This document shows, in pieces, positions 59,649 to 64,000 of a stretch of DNA of 64,000 nucleotides (its first letter is position 1; every line of letters starts with the position of its first letter). The notes under the pieces are model-generated. The model saw only the letters and a list, made by a program, of their open reading frames with translations, made no database searches and was not told the origin of the DNA. The stretch is from an uncultured Armatimonadetes bacterium (GTDB lineage: Bacteria > Armatimonadota > UBA5829 > DTJY01). The stretch lies in contig OY970325.1 in the NCBI GenBank assembly GCA_963717145.1, positions 5,184,001-5,248,000 of the forward strand, given 5' to 3'. The position numbers and the translations under genes are program-made.

Positions 59649-60803
59649 TTGTTACACAGCAAGAAGCGCATCCTGCTCGCAACGATTGCCGTGCTGATGA
59701 TGGTCTCAGCAGGCATGTTGTTTGCGCAGGGCGGAGGCGCGGCCCCCGCAGCGGCCGCCCCTGGACCGCCTACCATCAGCGTGCATGGCTACATGCAGAA
59801 CAGGTTCTACTTCGGTGAAGGCGCGAATCCCGAGTTCCGGTCGGAGAGGATATCGATCTCAACGCTCGCGACCTTCGCGGACGCCAGCACCGCGTTCGTA
59901 GAGCTGTACTATCATCCATGGGCTCCGGCAGCCGGGCTCTACCTCGAGAGCGCCTATTACGACAAGGTCCTGGCTGACAGTCACCTCAGGGTGGGCAAGG
60001 GCAGAAGGCAGACCTTCGGTATCACACCCGCCTATCCGAACCGGAAGACCTCCAACTACGGGATCGTCTCAGAGGCGTTCACGCAGGACCGCATCCAGGG
60101 TCTTCAGTACTTTGGCACGAAGAACAATCTGGATATCGGCCTGTCGCTGCACACCGCATATCGTCTCGGCACTCGGAACATCGGAGAAATCCCGGGAGAT
60201 AGCCTGCGCAACGCAACCCATCAGGTGCCTCACCTGGCCCTCAGAGAAGCAAACGGCGATCTCAGCCAGAAGCTCCAGGTCTCAGGACGAGTCGGTATGA
60301 ACACGGACGGATGGAAGGCCGGTGTCTCGCTCTCGTTTGCCGGTCTCGACCGGCGCGATGTGACCAACCTCACGACGTCCGGCGCGACCAATCCGCTGAC
60401 TCCCGGCGCAACACCTGCTCTGCTTCCGGTTGGATCAGACAACAATATGAGCCAGTGGGGTCTGGACTTCATGAAGAAGTGGTCATCCGGATTCATGGCT
60501 CAGGGCGAGTTCTACGGGGCCAGCGTCAGTGAGCTGGACTACAACGCGTGGAACGTACTCGCCGGCCAGGAGTTCACCAGCGGGTGGAAGGTCATCCTGC
60601 GGTATGCTCAGCAGAACATGGATACACCGCTTACGAGCAACCCACTCTCATGGGACGTTCAGCAGACCAGCATATCGGTGGTCCAGCCGATCGCCAAGTC
60701 GGTCTGGATCCAGTACGAGTACGAGATCAACACCGAGCGCACGAACACCGGCGGGGACGTCGGGAACGATGTGTTCTTCATTGAGCTGTTCAGCGGGTTC
60801 TAG
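59649..60803 (+). CDS. Putative outer-membrane beta-barrel/porin
   Basis: Signal peptide, ISVHGYMQNRF, alternating beta-strands, terminal Phe; TTG after GAGGAGG/AAGGA. Confidence 0.7.
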   Translation: MLHSKKRILLATIAVLMMVSAGMLFAQGGGAAPAAAAPGPPTISVHGYMQNRFYFGEGANPEFRSERISISTLATFADASTAFVELYYHPWAPAAGLYLESAYYDKVLADSHLRVGKGRRQTFGITPAYPNRKTSNYGIVSEAFTQDRIQGLQYFGTKNNLDIGLSLHTAYRLGTRNIGEIPGDSLRNATHQVPHLALREANGDLSQKLQVSGRVGMNTDGWKAGVSLSFAGLDRRDVTNLTTSGATNPLTPGATPALLPVGSDNNMSQWGLDFMKKWSSGFMAQGEFYGASVSELDYNAWNVLAGQEFTSGWKVILRYAQQNMDTPLTSNPLSWDVQQTSISVVQPIAKSVWIQYEYEINTERTNTGGDVGNDVFFIELFSGF

Positions 60804-60867
60804 GAATCCGAGGGAATGGAGTGGTGGAGTGTCGGGATAACGGGCACCTCACCACACGATAGGCGCG

Positions 60868-60896
60868 AGGGCCGGGGGCATCTGCTCCCGGCCCTT
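60868..60896 (+). terminator. Terminator-like hairpin
   Basis: agggccgggggca/tgctcccggccct with only a weak T tail. Confidence 0.45.
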
Positions 60897-60905
60897 ATGC
60901 TGACA

Positions 60906-60970
60906 ATGTAGGGGCGTGCCTTGTGCCGCCCGTTGCCGCGTGTCGGGCGGCACAAGGCACGCCCCTACAT
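60906..60970. repeat. Intergenic GTAGGGGCG REP doublet
   Basis: atgtaggggcgtgccttgtgccgccc / gggcggcacaaggcacgcccctacat. Confidence 0.93.
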
Positions 60971-61039
60971 CGTGATTGGCGGTAGGACTTCCGACGCCCG
61001 AGGGCGAAGAATACCCCAGAGGCATCCGCGAAGATCACC

Positions 61040-63030
61040 ATGGCAGTCGAACCCTACGATCCGCGACTCTTATCCGCAGCAGACACCGCGACCGAGCACG
61101 AATCCGCCCAGGCCGATCCTTCGACAGGCTCAGGAGGCATCACCTGGCGCGCGCTCCTGATCGGGTTCATCGCCATCATCCCCGGCGTCTTCTGGGGCGT
61201 CTACGGCGATGTCGTCTCCCAGACCGACCTGACCTCGACCTCGCTGATGATGCCGCCGGTCCTCATCCTGATGGCGCTCCTCGTCCTCAACGGCATCGTC
61301 AGGCGCATCAGGCCGATATGGGTGCTCGGCCGCACGGAGTTGATCACCATCTACGCGATGCTTACCGTCTCCGTGATCCTCTCCGGCATGGGGATGCTCC
61401 AGTTCCTGATGACATCCCTCGGCGCGGTCCCGCACTTTGCCACCCCCGAGAACGGATGGGGCGCTTACCTCAACATGGTCCCGCACTGGATCATGCCGAA
61501 GCTCTCCGCCATCGACGGCTTCTACGTCGGCAACAAGCCGATCCCCTGGTCTGCGTGGACGAACCCGATCCTCCTGTGGAGCGGATTCCTCTTCGCGATG
61601 CTCTTCTGCATGATGTGCATCAACACGATCCTCCGCAAGCAGTGGATCGAGCGGGAACGGCTCACATATCCCATAGTCCAACTTCCGCTGGAGATGACCG
61701 ACCCGAAGAGCCGGTTCTTCTCGAACAGGCTGATGTGGGCAGGGTTCTTCACCGCCGCCGCACTCGAGACGCTGAACAGCCTCGCGTTCCTCTATCCGAA
61801 TGTTCCCCAGGTGCAGTTGCGGGCGTTCGACCTTCAGCCGTTCTTCAGCACCGCGCCGTGGAATGGGGTGGGGTACTTCCCGACGACCTTCTACCCGCTC
61901 GCCATCGGACTCGGGTTCGTGCTCGCGACCGACGTGAGCTTCTCGTGCTGGTTCTTCTACCTCGTGACCAAGGTGGAGGGAGTCCTCACCTCAGCGCTCG
62001 GCTGGACGGGTGGGGCGGGCGCGATGAGCGCTCCGCCGTATCTCGCCCAGCAGAGCGTCGGCGGGTTTATCGGCATCGGCGTCGTGGTGATCTACCTCGC
62101 GAGGAATCACCTCAGGGACGTCTTCGCGAAGGTCTTCACCCGCGACTCCGGCGTTGACGATTCCGAAGAGCCGATGAGCTATCGGATGGCGGTCTTCGGG
62201 CTGGGGCTCGGATTCCTCATCATGGTGATATTCTGCGTGGCGGTCGGCGTCTCTCCGGCTGTGGGGATCGCGTATCTCGGCCTCTACATGCTCTTCGCCA
62301 CGACGATCAGCCGACTCCGCGCCGAAGCCGGGCCTGCATGGGTGATGGGCCCGGGTGGGACGCGCTCGACAGCCTCACCCGCCCGATCGGGACCGGGGCA
62401 TTCAGCGGGGGAAACCTCGTCGCGCTCGCCTACTTCCACTGGTTCAGCATCGAGATGAGGTGCTGTCCGATGGGCGTGCAGGCCGAGGGGATGAAGATGG
62501 CGCAGGCGACCCGAACGAAGCAGCGGGTGATGACGATCGTTCTCCTCGCGGCGATGGTCATCGGGATCGCGGTCGGATTCTGGGCGTGCCTCGCGGTATG
62601 GTACAAGTTCGGCGCGGGGACGGCGAAGGTCGAGCCGTGGCGCACCGGTATGGGCGCGGCGCCATTCGACCGGGTCACGGACTACATGCAGAACCCGCAG
62701 AGGGCCGATGTCGCGGGCATCCTGGCGATCGTCTTCGGCACGGGGTTCACGTTCCTGCTCAGTCTGATGCGGAGCCGGTTCGTATGGTTTCCGCTCCATC
62801 CGGCGGGATACGTGCTCGCGAACACCGGCACGATGTACTGGCTCTGGTGTCCGTTCCTGCTGGCGTGGATCATCAAGGTCCTGATCATCCGCTACGGCGG
62901 GATCAAGGGCTACCGGACCGCGCTCCCATTCTTCCTCGGCCTCGTCCTCGGCGACTACATAGCCTCGAGCCTCTGGGCCCTCGCGGGCTCCGTTCTCGGC
63001 ATCACCATGTACCGCTGCTTCCCCTGCTGA
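61040..63030 (+). CDS. Second DUF6785/DUF6784-type membrane protein, frameshift ~62352
   Basis: ILRKQWIERERLTYPI, RLRAEAG; adding one base continues GPGWDALD..WFPLHPAGY, IRYGG; paralog of 35776-37746. Confidence 0.82.
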
Positions 63031-63035
63031 TTTCA

Positions 63036-63071
63036 TACTAGTACTCGTGCTCGTAATCGTACTCGTAATCG
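63036..63071. repeat. Hexamer array (TACTCG/TAATCG) between convergent genes
   Basis: tactag tactcg tgctcg taatcg tactcg taatcg. Confidence 0.75.
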
Positions 63072-63092
63072 CGGTCTTGGGGTTGTCGCGCG

Positions 63093-63545
63093 CTAAGCAG
63101 TAGTGGCGACGATCTCCGACGGGGTGATCGCGGTGATCTCGGGGTATCGAGCGAAGTCGGAGGGATTCAGGGTCACCAGATGAGTGATGCCGTGCGCCAT
63201 CATGAAGGCGACTATCCGTGCATCGTGGGCCTTCTTGCCGAGGACGGAGTATGACTGGACTACCGTCCGCCAACGAGCCGCCATGTCTTCAGGCTCAGGC
63301 AGACAAGGAAAGAGTATCTCGATCTCGTCCATGTGGCCGTCGGCCTTCTCGAGGTCGAACCCCAGTCCATTCACATCCAGCGGCCTGGTAGCCACAACCC
63401 AGGATTCTATCAGCACCTGAGCACACACATGGCAAGGCACACCCGACTTGCGAAGGGAATCCAGCGCCGCTACGATCTCAGGGTTGCTCGGATCGCTCAG
63501 TTCGAAGAACCTGAGGAGCACGTTGGTGTCGATCAGGAAGGTCAC
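63093..63545 (-). CDS. vapC: PIN-domain toxin
   Basis: FLIDTNVLLR, QVLIE, HDARIVA, LVTLNPSDF. Confidence 0.9.
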   Translation of the reverse strand: MTFLIDTNVLLRFFELSDPSNPEIVAALDSLRKSGVPCHVCAQVLIESWVVATRPLDVNGLGFDLEKADGHMDEIEILFPCLPEPEDMAARWRTVVQSYSVLGKKAHDARIVAFMMAHGITHLVTLNPSDFARYPEITAITPSEIVATTA

Positions 63546-63775
63546 AGCCGGTCCTCATACATATTCTCACGCCTGAGGGCCTCATCGGGGATGCGGACGC
63601 CGGATACCCGCCCGGCAAGGAGTCTCCGCCAGGCTGCATCTTTTGACGAAGTGCGCCGACGCTGAGGCTTCTCAACCGCGAGTTGGATTACCAGCGACTG
63701 GTTGATCGGCAGGTCCACCGGATCGTCGGGAACGATGGTCTTGCCATCATAATGCGCGCGGATTCTCATTGCCAT
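63542..63775 (-). CDS. Putative antitoxin (DUF104/AF2212-like N-terminus)
   Basis: IRAHYDGKTIVPDDPVDLP; C-terminal IPDEALRRENMYEDR; stop overlaps the toxin GTG. Confidence 0.8.
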   Translation of the reverse strand: MAMRIRAHYDGKTIVPDDPVDLPINQSLVIQLAVEKPQRRRTSSKDAAWRRLLAGRVSGVRIPDEALRRENMYEDRL

Positions 63776-63793
63776 GGGATTCACCTCGCAAGC

Positions 63794-63802
63794 ATTATAC
63801 CA
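63794..63802 (-). promoter_or_regulatory. Extended -10 promoter of the TA operon
   Basis: TGGTATAAT 18 nt upstream of ATG 63775; SD GAGGTG. Confidence 0.65.
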
Positions 63803-63820
63803 CATCGGCTCTGCATCGGT

Positions 63821-64000
63821 CGGGATACGTGTTGGTGAACACCGGCACGATGTACTGGCTCTGGTGTCCGTTCATGGTGGCATGGTTCGTCAAGGTCCTG
63901 ATCATCCGCTACGGCGGGATCAAGGGCTACCGGACCGCGCTCCCGTTCTTCCTCGGGCTCGTCCTCGGCGACTACATCGCCTCATCCCTCTGGGCCCTCG
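63821..64000 (+). pseudogene. Diverged duplicate of the 3' end of the DUF6785 gene (from ~62805), runs off the window
   Basis: GYVLVNTGTMYWLWCPFMVAWFVKVLIIRYGGIKGYRTALPFFLGLVLGDYIASSLWAL versus GYVLANTGTMYWLWCPFLLAWIIKV...; no 5' part present. Confidence 0.85.

Noticed and set aside
62805-64000. Diversity-generating retroelement TR/VR pair
   Set aside because: Mismatches are not adenine-specific, are mostly synonymous or conservative, and no reverse transcriptase is in the window.

Overview
High-GC bacterial chromosomal window, by inference Armatimonadota-like (two DUF6785/DUF6784-type membrane proteins and a shared lineage-type C-terminal module on secreted proteins). Contents: carbohydrate-active and secreted proteins (GH106, GHL10-FN3, GH2-like, GH99-like, two beta-helix proteins, sugar ABC transporters); a MauG-type di-heme enzyme plus Cyc2-like cytochrome-porin; a 2.2-kaa M6 protease; an ADP-ribosylglycohydrolase; an iorAB-paaK-symporter-ACT-ACT-liv-paaK aryl-acid cluster; a porin; a VapC toxin-antitoxin pair. 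The most striking signal is a dense set of palindromic and short-tandem repeats. A DUF559 endonuclease gene sits between two palindromic ends, and an empty copy of those same ends lies about 4.7 kb away, suggesting an autonomous/non-autonomous pair. Four long hairpins are inserted in frame inside iorA and the ADP-ribosylglycohydrolase. Both DUF6785 genes have partial duplicates that bracket accessory cargo. Eight small indels split six genes and look like assembly errors. No CRISPR array, rRNA, tRNA or canonical transposase was recognised. Family names come from motif recognition by eye, not database searches.
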